Of a stretch of 64,000 bases of DNA, positions 37,225 through 48,687 are shown piece by piece. The notes beneath the pieces are model-generated. The model worked only from the letters and a program-made list of their open reading frames with translations. It did no database searches and was not told the origin of the DNA. Location: NCBI RefSeq assembly GCF_006345805.1, contig NC_043001.1, forward strand, positions 66,898,001 to 66,962,000. Direction: 5' to 3'. Position 1 is the first letter of the stretch; every line of letters begins with the position of its first letter. The DNA is from Octopus sinensis (taxonomy: Eukaryota). Position numbers and translations under genes: made by a program.

Positions 37225-38880
37225 TCAAAATCAAAAATCATATATATAAAATATATATAAAATATATATATATATATATAAATTAGAGAAAAACCACTAT
37301 TATCTAATTCAAACAATGATATGATAGACATAAGCCATATATAGAAAAAATAAAATATATTATAAAATATATATCTAGATCACAAAAAGTACATAATAAT
37401 GCATAAACATTATATAATAAGTAAAAAGACTACGTACATTTCGTGGCTACAAATTCAATTCGAATTACAATTAAATTTAAATTTAATCTAAAAGCAATTC
37501 AATTTAAAAGTATAGTCACTCCTTAGGTCAACAATAATAACAATGATAGTTAAATAAATACATATTTTTAATAAATAATTAAATAGAATTAAACAATATT
37601 TCTTAAAGAAATAAAAACATAATTCTTCTTATAGAAGAAACTCCATTAACTAAATTTGAGACTTAAAAAGTAGGACCAGGTGTCTATAATACATTTCTCA
37701 TGTTAAAAACCTAAGGTAAAATAAATAGGGTAAATAGATACAAATATGTATTTTATCTGTGAAGATATATTTTAGCTTTGAGAATAATTTCAACAAACTA
37801 TAGTATATTTTTACTGGAAAAATAAAAGAGTCCAATTAATTAAAATAAAAATACTTAAAATAAATCATATACTTAAGTTAAGCTAAATTACTATAATTTA
37901 ATCTATATTTATTAATTAAATAAATTATATATTAATTTATTAATTAAATAAATATCTAATTTGATCCAATACTAACTATGTACTAAACTCTATACAAAAC
38001 ATGTGTAGACTTATAATATATCTTATATCAACAACATTGCAGCCACAACCCTGCAATAGTATTTTGCATATATTTCAACAATATATTCACAAATAATTTA
38101 AACTTATATAAGTAAATTAATTTATGTCTAGAACTAATATTTCACTCATTGATAAAATAAACAAAGTACTTATTATTATTATTAAATTCAATAGTATATA
38201 AAGAAAAAAACATTATAATAATAAGAATAATTTAATCTAAATTATCTAAATTATAATTAACAAATAAAGCAATTAGAAATCCATATTTTTTCAATCAATA
38301 AATATATAAATAAATAAATGACACCATTATTTCTTAAATAAATAGTATACTTATCTTTCTGAAGATATTTATGAAATTAAAAACAAAAAATTTCAAAACT
38401 AAAAATGTATTAGTTAGCGTCTATAAATTTATTTGTGTAAAAAGTACTTACTATTATTAAATTCAATAGTACAAAATATAAAAACTTTACACTACCTATA
38501 CTAAAATATTTTATGTTACAACCTAATTCACAGAGCAACCAAACTTAATACTTTTAGATTTTAGTTCACATATAGTAATTATAATAATACGAATAATTAA
38601 ATAAATGTACGTATTTAAATTATAATTAACAAATAAAAAAAATTAGAAATCCATATTTTTCAATAAATAATCATATAAATTACACTATTATTTCTTAAAT
38701 AAATTGTATACTTATCTTTTCGAAGATATATTATGAACTAAAAAATTTCAAAACGAAAAACTTATTACTTAGCATTTATAAATTTACTTGTGAAGACGTG
38801 GCTTAAATAAATAGAACAAACAGATAGAAATATGCATTTTATCAATGAAAACTACAAAATATATTTTAGCTTTCACTTTA
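37225..38880. other. Extremely AT-rich non-microsatellite block with internal direct repeats
   Basis: About 38248-38437 is repeated at about 38617-38793, and 38163-38200 at 38442-38475. Bounded by (TA)n tracts. Origin unresolved. Confidence 0.6.
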
Positions 38881-39016
38881 AGAGTCCCTCCTAATGTGAG
38901 GCATTTATGTATATAAATATATGTGTGTGTATGTATATAGATGTATATATGCGTGTGTGTGTGTGTGTGTATATATATATATGTATATATTTGTGTATAT
39001 ATACGTATATATATAT

Positions 39017-39195
39017 CATCATCATCATCGTTTCACGTCCGTTTTCCATGCTAGGATGGGTTGGACAGTTTGACCGGGGTCTGGGAAGCCAGGAGGCTGC
39101 ACCAGGCTCCAGTCTGATCTGGCAGTGTTTCTACATCTGGATGCTCTTCCTAACGCCAACCACTCCATGTGTGTAGTGGGTGCTTTTTACGTGCC
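39017..39195 (-). mobile_element. RTE 3' tail copy
   Basis: (CAT)n CGTTTCACGTCCGTTTTCCATGCTAGG... Confidence 0.85.
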
Positions 39196-40704
39196 GTATA
39201 TATATGTGTATGTATATATATATATATATATATAAAATTAGTGTACATTTGTACACAAAGAGGCAAGCCATAACAGGTTGCCTAACATACTAGAAAGAAC
39301 AGTCAAAATGTCCAAACCACAGTTAAGAGCAATTTCGAAGGGAATGAAAAGAAGCATTTACTATGTTTTACAGCTGGACCTCAGGTTTCGAACTTTAATT
39401 AGCAAATAAAATAATTTGTGAGGCGAAGTGGATATGCCAAAACAGCATATAAATTAGAGACCAAATAACAATAAATGGAGCTGTTTTGCAACTTCCTCTA
39501 TTGCATACATGAGATCCTGCTCTCTATATATGAAATATGTAGGTTGCTCCCCTAGACTATTTTTCTTTTTATCCATGGTGGCCATGTTGAAGCAGAAGTA
39601 TGATAAAAGTCATTATAGCCATTACCATCCTGAATTATATTTTATTTAGTGCTTTGGCTATACTGTATGCTGGAAGACATTATCCAATGTGCCCTTCTGT
39701 TTTTAAGACAGGAGAGTGTGATTTAGGTGAGATTAGGCCATTATTTCTGGCAGGTTAAGTGATTCCCTGCCTTCTCTTTGGCTCTTCAGCTACATGTAAG
39801 CCATAAAATTCTGGAAAACCAGAAAACAGCTGAAAATAATATAAATAAAAATTCCCAATTATTATTATTTTTTTTTGCCAGAAATATCAATTCCACAGAG
39901 ACCATCTGGAAGTCTGTGATGTAAAAGAGAGAAAGAGAGACACTTTGTTTTGATTCACTGTAAATAGTAACATATAAAGTCATACTTCCTGCACATTTAC
40001 ATCTGCTCTATCTAACAACAACAACAGCAGCAGCAACCATTGCAAATTAATTTATTGATTTTCTATTTTATAACATTGTTTTATTTATTACTTTTTTAAG
40101 TTAATTAATTGAGCAATACTTTAGAGTTTGGTAATTTAATTTATCCAATTTGTACAGTTTATGTAGAAGTGGATTCTTCACTTGGCATAAAAATTGATGA
40201 AAATCATTTCAAATATTCCCCTTCCTCCTCATCATCATCTCTTATCATCATTGTTGCCATCATCATGATCAGGTAAAGGTTTTCCACTACTTTTACTTCA
40301 TATCAATATTGAACCATTCCTTCACCCAACAATGCCTTATTACAATTTTTGAACTGTAAAGCAGACACATTGAGACCTTATATTTATCTTTTCATGTTAT
40401 TAAGCTCTTGTTAATGTAATGAAGTAAAGCAGTTCTTTCCATACTCAATCCATCTCTATCACCATCTATGTCACTCTGACACTTTTGCTCTTACACATTA
40501 CAGTGCTTGAGTTGGTATCATCTGTGTTTGTATCTGATATAAACCCTCTTTATCTACTTTTCTGTTTTGTTAAACATCATTCTTTCTCTCCCAGGTCCCT
40601 TATTTACCAACATCCATCACACTCTCTTACCACTAACCATTTTCCTATAACAATTCATCACTCATATTTTAACCAATAAGCATGTAACAACTGTTACTGA
40701 CTTA

Positions 40705-41065
40705 CCCTCTGCCACTGTTTCTGTCATTTGACTGCAACCATGCTGGGGCACTGCCTTGAAGGGTTTTAGTCAGACAAATTGACCCTAGGACTTATTTTTT
40801 AAGCCTAGTACTTATTCTATCTGTCTCTTTTGCTGAATCGCTAAGGAACATAAACACACCAATACTGGTTGTCAAGTGATTGTGGGGGACAAACACAGAT
40901 ACAAAGGCATACACAGCACATACAGGCTTTTTTCAGTTTCTGTCTGCCAAATCCACTCACAAGGCTATAGAAGACACTTACTCAAAGTGCCATGCAGTGA
41001 GACTGAACCTGGAACCATGTGGTTTGGAAGCAAGCTTCTCACCAGACTGCTACTCCTGTGCCTAT
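40705..41065 (-). mobile_element. SINE family A, near full length
   Basis: Reverse complement of 7768-8155. Confidence 0.8.
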
Positions 41066-41394
41066 ATGTTATTTTTATAATATTATATTATATTATTTTT
41101 TAATTTTATTTTTTTAACGAGACTTATTATCCCAAAAGTTTCAGTCACAGACACTGTGTTAAAATTAAGCTCATATAGAATATATATAATTCAAAAATAG
41201 GATAAAAATAGTTAACGAAAAATGTTTAACAAATAAATGAATTTCTTCAAAGTTTGCATTATCAGATAACAAAGTATTTTCTATTTATAGTCAGAAGAAT
41301 ATTTTTAAAAAAGACAAAAGCTAATGAACAAATTCAGTGCAAAATGTAGAAATGAGGGATTATAAAACATTATCAGTTTTGCTTAAATTGCTAT

Positions 41395-42272
41395 CATATA
41401 GGGATTCAGCCCCCTCTTATTCATTATAGTCCTCCAGGCAATAACAGAGGAATTCAAGACAGGTTGCCTTGGGGAGCTCTTCTATGCTGATGACCTTGCT
41501 CTTATAGCCAAGTCACTGCCAGAAATAAAGGCAAAATATAGGGTGTGGAAACAAGGTCTAGAATTGAAGGGCCTTAGAGTTAACCTAGCAAAAACTAAAG
41601 TCTTAGTAAGTAGGAAGGCTGATAAATCACAAACCACTTCAGGTAGATAGCCATTCTCCATCAGTAGGGAAGGCATAGGTAGAAACTCCATGCAATGTAC
41701 CCGGTGTAAGCTATTGACACACAAAAGGTGCAGCAATATCAAAGGAAGTTTAACCAGGAAGATAGTTTTTGTGTGTGGCAGATGCACAGGGGCAGTAAAT
41801 ACTGAAGATGTACAGAAAACAGATTCCATCACATGCCAGGAGGGGAAAGCTAGAAGTATTTAATAGCTTCCACTACCTATACGACCAAGTTTGTAGTGGG
41901 GGTGGTTGCTCTGAGAGTGTAGCGGCTAGAATAAGAATAGCCTGAGCAAAGTTCAGGGAGCTCCTACCTCTGTTGGCAACTAAGGGCCTCTCACTTAGGA
42001 TGAAAGGTAGACTGTATGATGCATGTATTCAAACTATCATGCTACACGGCAGTGAAACATAGGCCATGACTTCTGGGGACATGCATAGGCTTGAAAGAAA
42101 TGAAGCTAGTATGATCCACTGGATGTGTAATGTTAGTGTGTATACTCAACAAAGTGTACATGCCTTGAGAGAAAAGTTGGACATAAGAAAATGTGGTGTA
42201 CAAGAGAGACAGCTGTGCTGGTGTGGTCATATGTTACATATGGATGAGGACAGCTGTGTGAGGAAGTGCCAC
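41395..42272 (+). mobile_element. RTE LINE reverse transcriptase fragment with embedded PHD-like finger
   Basis: PLLFIIVLQAITEEFKTG, ELFYADDLAL, RVNLAKTKV, CTRCKLLTHKRC...CGRC, RLCWCGHM. Stops and frameshifts present. Confidence 0.9.
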
Positions 42273-43024
42273 TCCTTAACTTTATATGTATTTATATAAA
42301 TGTATGTATATATATCTATATATTTCTGTATATATGTATATAATGTACGTATATATATATATATATGTATATATATAAATATATGCATGAATATAATATG
42401 TATACACATATTTGTGTATATATATATGTGTGTGTGTAAAACTATGTATATATACATATATATATGCATGAAATTATATATATTATGTATGTATATATAT
42501 AACTAGCTGAAGGTGACCCACTCTACGCGTGGGTAAGAGTGTGGTTGTTACTTTCTGTTGCTTCCTTTCAGCACGTAAAAAGCACCATCCGAACGTGGCC
42601 GATTGCAGCGCCGCCTTGACTTGCTTCTGTGCCGGTGGCACGTAAAAAGCACCAACCGATTATTACACATACATAGATATATATACACAATGAGGCTGGA
42701 GCAGTTTGGACAGAAAAAATATGAATGCTGTAGAGAAGGTCAGAATAGTACTGGAGAAGTATCTTTCATCACGGACAAATGAATTTTGGAAGAGGGGCCT
42801 TGCAAGTCTACCAGAGAGATGAAAGAGTATTGTAGAAAATGAAGGAGAGTATATTTTAGATTAAAAAAGAACTTTATCTTAATTTTGAAAAAGAAAGAAG
42901 TACAAAAAACTGCATTATTTATGGGATGACCCAATATGTATATGTGTATGTTTGTATATACATGTATATATCTATCTGTATTATGTATGTGTGTGTGTGT
43001 GTGTATAAATAATTATATATGTAT

Positions 43025-43215
43025 AATCATTATCGTCATTTAATGTCTGCTTCCCATGGGTTTGATGGTTTGACTGGAAGTGGTAAGCCAGAGGGCTGCA
43101 CCAGGTTCCAGTCTGATTTGGCATGGTTTCTCTGGCTAGATGCCCTTCCTAATGCCAACCATTCCGAGAGTGTAATCGGTGCTTTTCCAGTATGGGTGCC
43201 ATTTACATGATACCA
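43025..43215 (-). mobile_element. RTE 3' tail copy
   Basis: CATTATCGTCATTTAATGTCTG...GGCTAGATGCCCTTCCTAATGCC. Confidence 0.75.
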
Positions 43216-43304
43216 GATACATATGTATATATGTATATATATATGTGTGTGTGTGTGTATTTATATGAATGTGTATATATTTATATGTGTATATAATATA
43301 TATA

Positions 43305-43520
43305 TAATTAGAATTTACAAAAAAAAAACAAAAGACGAAGACAGGTGTATAAACAACAAACAGGTATATTAGTTTAATGCTCAGGAAGGTGATAAAGTCT
43401 TTTATGTTTCAAGTCTATGCTTTTCAGCAGAAAGGAACATGAGAAAATAAACAGAGAGAATAAAAAATGCTTTAGTGACTAGCAGTCGATCACTCCTCAC
43501 CCACATATTTTTGGTCCCAT
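43305..43520. mobile_element. (TA)n-anchored repeat related to 3478-3590 and 26990-27140
   Basis: Shared AAAGACGAAGACAGGTG...AAACAACAAACAGG...GCTCAGGAA block. Confidence 0.55.
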
Positions 43521-43792
43521 TCCTAGAGTGACTTTTTTTTCTAACTTTCTGCATAAAATGTGTCTGAGTTGTTTGTTTGAAGGAGTGAGAGATTATCACC
43601 CCACTTGAAAACAAGTGGGGATTGATGATAGAAAAGGCATCTAGCTGTGGACAACTCTGCCCCAATATATTTTCTACTGAGCCACACAAGCCTAGAAAAA
43701 TAAATGTTAAAATGGATAATCATATACGTATATATTTTTTTACAACCGTTGTAGTATTTGTGTTCTTACTATTGTTTTATTGTTCTCTGTAG

Positions 43793-43903
43793 CATCGTCT
43801 TCACCAGATTGATTGCCAACAACGAGAAATGATACAACAAGTGAAAGTGAATGTTGAATCTCTTGAGAAAAGCAGACAGTCATTGGTAGAAGAATTCAGA
43901 AAG
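43793..43903 (+). CDS. PHLDB: PHLDB exon E: HRLHQIDCQQREMIQQVKVNVESLEKSRQSLVEEFRK
   Basis: TTGTTCTCTGTAG acceptor and AAG|GTTGGT donor, 111 bp, phase 0-0, open frame, coiled-coil pattern continues. Confidence 0.85.
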
Positions 43904-44753
43904 GTTGGTGTTCTAAATGCATCATTAAGAATTATAATAATATGATTAAGGAAAATAATTTTCTCTGAATCATATTTCTTAGGAATCTAGTTTAATTTGT
44001 GTTAAATTAGTTTTTATTATAATTTTTGTTTGACTTAGTTTCAAACATGTTTTGTTTGTTCTGTTTTATGAAATATTTTGCTAATATTTCTTCAATGAAA
44101 TGAGAAAAAATTTTTAATTATTTCTTTTAGAACAAAATGTTTTAAATTTATTCTTATGTTCTTTTTTTTTGCATTTTTAGTCTCAGACATGTTATATTTA
44201 TGTTTCCAAAATTTTAGCACTTGTAATTTGAGATATTCATATTTCATGATTTCAATATGAATACATTGAAATTGCTATGCATTTTGATGATTCTAAGTCT
44301 AAAAGTAAATCTAAACTATCAGAGACAAATATAATATGAATGTCTCACATTTTACCAAGGTAGCTGATTTATGAAATACAACATATTCTATTGAATATTT
44401 AACAGTCTCACTGTCATCTTCACGACACTACAAAGACAGATTTGTTTTGTGTACCTAATCATTTTATTTGTTACTTTAAAGTCACATTAGTCTGGCTCTA
44501 CTTTTCTATTCTTAGATTTTTTTCATCTTTCTTTCTCTGCCTCTCCAGTTTTCTTTTTCTTGCTTACTCCTTCACTCTATCATTCCACTCTTTTCTGTAA
44601 TATTGCTTATATATATTTATGTATATATACATATTTATATATATTTAGACCGGCGTAAGCACATAAGTGTGAAACAAGGTGGAAAAGAGAGTTCTCAAAT
44701 ACCACAGGTAGAGTAATATGCTTTATTTAAAAGCAGCAGGAATATAGCAAAAG

Positions 44754-44791
44754 CTGTTACTCAGAGTTTCACATTTCCATTCGTCAGACAG
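44754..44791 (-). ncRNA. Minimal type I hammerhead ribozyme (canonical core)
   Basis: CTGT-CTGACGA-ATG GAAA TGT-GAAA-CT CTG AG-TA-ACAG; cleavage triplet GUA. Confidence 0.75.
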
Positions 44792-44810
44792 TTTTGTTTA
44801 AGAAAAAAGA

Positions 44811-44848
44811 CTGTCCGACGAACGGGAACGTGAAACTCTGAGTAACAG
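44811..44848 (+). ncRNA. Minimal type I hammerhead ribozyme (U4C core variant)
   Basis: CTGT-CCGACGA-ACG GGAA CGT-GAAA-CT CTG AG-TA-ACAG. Confidence 0.65.
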
Positions 44849-44881
44849 CTTTTGTTATATTTCTGCTGCCTTTAAGTAAAG

Positions 44882-44913
<32 letters not shown>

Positions 44914-44946
44914 AATGAAAGAATGGAGTTGAACGACGATTTAACA

Positions 44947-45051
44947 AAATTCCTTTATTCTCGACATATGTTTCGAAGACTGCATATTCCTAATTTCGAA
45001 GGAATACGGGGTACGTTATGCCGCCTTCTCATCAGGAAAGACAAGGAACTT
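44947..45051 (-). ncRNA. Type I hammerhead ribozyme, canonical
   Basis: Reverse complement of 45167-45271; TCATCAG at 45029-45035 and TTTC at 44971-44974. Confidence 0.85.
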
Positions 45052-45166
45052 ATGTCAGCATCATGATGAACAAAAACTTTAGATGACAGCCCACATGAAG
45101 TCCATAGCGCTATGGACTCCGTGTGGGCAGTCATCTAAAAGTTTTTGCTCATCATGGTGCTAACAT

Positions 45167-45271
45167 AAGTTCCTTGTCTTTCCTGATGAGAAGGCGGCAT
45201 AACGTACCCCGTATTCCTTCGAAATTAGGAATATGCAGTCTTCGAAACATATGTCGAGAATAAAGGAATTT
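45167..45271 (+). ncRNA. Type I hammerhead ribozyme, canonical, sense to the host gene
   Basis: CTGATGA 45183-45189. Stem II GAAGGCGGCATA/TATGCAGTCTTC, GAAA 45244-45247, palindromic stem III ACATATGT, GUC 45253-45255. Stem I is 16 nt with a 3-nt internal loop. Confidence 0.85.
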
Positions 45272-45455
45272 TGTTAAATCGTCATTCTACTCCATTCTTA
45301 CATATATTTGTATTAAAAAAAACACACAAATTTCCACACGAAAGCACGTGATCTCTGCCCTTGGCATGTAGCTTCTACCGTGTTTTTCTGACGTGAATTT
45401 GCTACCCGGGTATCAGTTACCGAATTATCCATACTAGGATAATACATTCAACTAC

Positions 45456-45830
45456 TTATATATATCTATATATATATATATATATATATATAGATATTAT
45501 ATACATATATAGATATATATACATATACATATAGGAGATACATATACATATATATATATACATATACAAATATATATATATACATATACATATATATATA
45601 TACATATACATATATATATATACACAATACATATATATATAATAACATATATATATATACATATATATATATATACATATACATATATATATAACATATA
45701 ATAACATATACATATACATATAATATATATACATATATACATATATATACATATATACATATATATACATATATACATACATATACATATATATACATAT
45801 ATATACGTATATATATACATATATATACGT
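45456..45830. repeat. (TATACA/TATA)n complex microsatellite
   Basis: Directly visible. Confidence 0.95.
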
Positions 45831-46555
45831 ATGAGCTCCTCTACGCTGACGACCTTGCTCTTATTGCTGAGTCACTATCAGAACTGGAGGAGAAGTTCCA
45901 GGTGTGGAAGGAGGGTTTAGAATCAAGGGGCCTTAGAGTCAACCTAGCTAAAACCAAAGTACTAATAAGTAGAAAGGTAGACAATCCACAAATATCTTCA
46001 GGAAGATGGCCCTGCTCGATCTGTAGAAAAGGTGTAGGTAGAAACTCTATAAGATGTACCCAGTGTAAGCTGGACACATAGAGGTGCAGCAATGTCAAAG
46101 GTAGGCTAACTGGGAAGATAGTTTGTATGTGGCAGATGCTCGGGAGCATTAACCTCCGAAATCTGCAGAAAACAACTTCCGTCACTTTCCCGGGGGAAAA
46201 ACTAGAAGTAGTTGATAGCTTCCGTTATCTAGGTGACCAAGTCAGTAGGGGTGGGTGCGCTGAAAGTGTAACTGCTAGAATAAGAATAGCTGGGCAAAGT
46301 TTAGGGAGCTCTTACTCTGCTGGTGACTAAAGGCCTCTCGCTCAGAGTAAAAGGCAGACTGTATTGATGCGTGTGTACGAACCAGATGCTACATGGCCGC
46401 GAAACATGGGCTGTGATGCTGAGGACATGCATAAGCTCGTGGAATGAAGCCAGTATGCTCCGATGATGTGTAATGTCAGTGGACATACTCGAAGCGCGTT
46501 AGCACCTTGAGAGAAATGTTGTACCTAAGAAGCCATCAGTTGTGGGTGCAAGAGA
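45831..46555 (+). mobile_element. RTE LINE RT fragment with PHD-like finger, runs into the assembly gap
   Basis: [43 protein letters not shown]...WPCSICRKGVGRNSIRCTQCK...FRYLGDQV. Many 1-2 bp indels toward the gap. Confidence 0.9.
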
Positions 46556-46655
46556 NNNNNNNNNNNNNNNNNNNNNNNNNNNNNNNNNNNNNNNNNNNNN
46601 NNNNNNNNNNNNNNNNNNNNNNNNNNNNNNNNNNNNNNNNNNNNNNNNNNNNNNN
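46556..46655. other. Assembly gap (100 N)
   Basis: Run of N. Confidence 1.
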
Positions 46656-47869
46656 GTATATGTGTGTACACAGACAAGCACATATATATATATATATGAT
46701 ATATATAAAGATACACACAATGTGATTGATAGAACGTGTAAATGCTTGTTGCCTTTCCTGAGATAACCTGATTGTTAAATGTATAATGAGTTGTAGAGCT
46801 TAGGACTTTACCATGGGGACTAATAACAGAGTAGAAACACTAACAGAAATTAGGTCCCTGGTCCTACTGTACACAAGGTTTACAATTTATGCTTTCTCTA
46901 AAATGTGTTCCATTCCCTTATTTTCTCTTAGTTTCTATGTCGTTTCATTTCCCCCACATCTGATGTGATTTTCATCCTTCAGTATACATTCACTTCTGAA
47001 TTCATGTTGTGGTTTTCATTTCAGTTACTGGTTTTCTTCTTTTATCTCTGCTTGACATCTATGTTGCGAATTTTAATTGATATGCATGCATGCACAAATG
47101 ATAAATGAAGATTAGTCAGAATAAATGATGCTATCACCTCTTAGTTTATTAGGATTTACTCAAGAAAAAGAAATACTGCTTAAATCCTTTTTTGTGTTTC
47201 TATGTCTAATGGTTGAGAATCAGTCCCTGTATGTTTGCTGAGACATACAGATTAACTCTCAAGTGTTGACTTATACATCTAAGGATGTAAGAAGTTAAGC
47301 AATTTCATTTCCTTGGCACAATTATGAGTAACTCAGAGGAGAAGGAGTGGTGACTGGCAGTATAGAGATAATGATAGGGTTTGGTGTGTAGTTAAAGGTT
47401 CTGTTTTCATTTTTTACCGTAGAGTAATACAGTTGATAGGAGAGTGATGAAGTGTTGGGGTTAAAGGTTGTGAAAGGAAGGAGAGTGAGATTTGGTTTTA
47501 ATAGTTATAAATAAGGTTGAGGTGGTCAATGGTAAGAATGAAAAATAGATGTCAATAACAGTGACTCAGGTAGGGGTCCAGTTGTGTAGATGAGGGAAGT
47601 GGGCAAAAAGCATCCATTCTTTATTCATCCATCCTCATAACATGTCCAAACCAATGTAGTCCCCTCTCTTTTTTGCTACATTTGATTTGTTTTATGCCCA
47701 GTTTTTCTTTCAACACATTTGTACTCCATCAGTCACGCACACTGACATTGCTGATCCAAAAGAGCATCCTTGCTTCATTTCTTTCTAGACTTTGCGGGTC
47801 CTCTATCTTTCAGAGCCTACATCGCACTATCATGTAGCATTGCAGTTAGTACATTTGCATCATACAATC

Positions 47870-48666
47870 TGCTTTCATTCTGAGATATTTTCGAATACCT
47901 CGTCTTCGGCATTATACTTGAGATATATCAATCACCATACCTTATATCAGGACTCCAGTAGTTCCACAATCGAGGAAGCTATTTAACACCAAACAATATT
48001 AATTGTGAAAAACGCTCTCATTTCCACAGTATAAGTTGGCTGCAATAGTGGATCGTCTCTTCTGCGAATAGAAATTAAATGTTACACATATTTGTTTGTT
48101 TCCTCCACAAAATTTAAAAAAGAACTTTCTGGTAAAAATAAAAATAGATAGTCGAGCATCAGGGGGTAAATTGTGTTGTGGACCAGTGTTTTCTGTGAAA
48201 TCAGGAATAGTGATTGGTGTTGTAATCTTTGACCATGTTGCCATGTTTATGATATCATTTTCATCACTTTCATTTTTATCACTTTCATTCTCAAAATATT
48301 CCTCGTCTGACGAATAATCACTAATATCGACATCAGATTCATCTGAAGACAAAATACTCTGTTTTCATTTATATTTTCTATATCGTCAAGAGTAAAATGT
48401 TCAAAGTCGGAATCACTACTTGCTGACGCCATTTCTTTAACAACTAATGTACACACTTCTCTTCAAACATTGAAAAAAACCATGTGGTCTAAACAATTTC
48501 ACAATATTTATACTTGAATAAAGATGGGAAAGGCTTCATCTCACATTATCTCAAATGCTACGAGAATTCAATAACGTGATTTTTAACCATTTCGTAGAGT
48601 AGTCGGATACGGCCAGCTTGAACAAAAAATGGGGAATTAATTTTGGCTGGTTTTAATACTAAAGGG
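47870..48666 (-). mobile_element. piggyBac transposon 5' end with pseudogenised transposase N-terminus
   Basis: TTAA-CCCTTTAGTATTAAAACCAGCC terminus (TTAA 48667-48670). Acidic N-terminus, then W...PDFTENTGPQHNLP, FVEETNKY, EMRAFF, LPRLWNYWS and IMPKTRY motifs across frameshifts. Confidence 0.85.
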
Positions 48667-48687
48667 TTAAATAAAATTTGGGATTTT

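Larger units (their letters stand above)
44645..44886. mobile_element. Fold-back element 1 (arms about 44716-44792 and 44810-44886), Penelope-pLTR-like
   Basis: The arms are reverse complements with a ~17-nt spacer, and the element is flanked by (TA)n. Confidence 0.8.
44913..45455. mobile_element. Fold-back element 2 (spacerless ~390-bp palindrome 44913-45303 plus ~150-bp unpaired extension)
   Basis: Centre at 45108/45109 (TCCATAGC|GCTATGGA). The arms are near-perfect reverse complements, with (TA)n on both sides. Confidence 0.85.

Noticed and set aside
37225-38880. NUMT call
   Set aside because: Composition is mitochondrial-like, but I could not recognise any mitochondrial gene, rRNA or tRNA. 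Left as an untested alternative.
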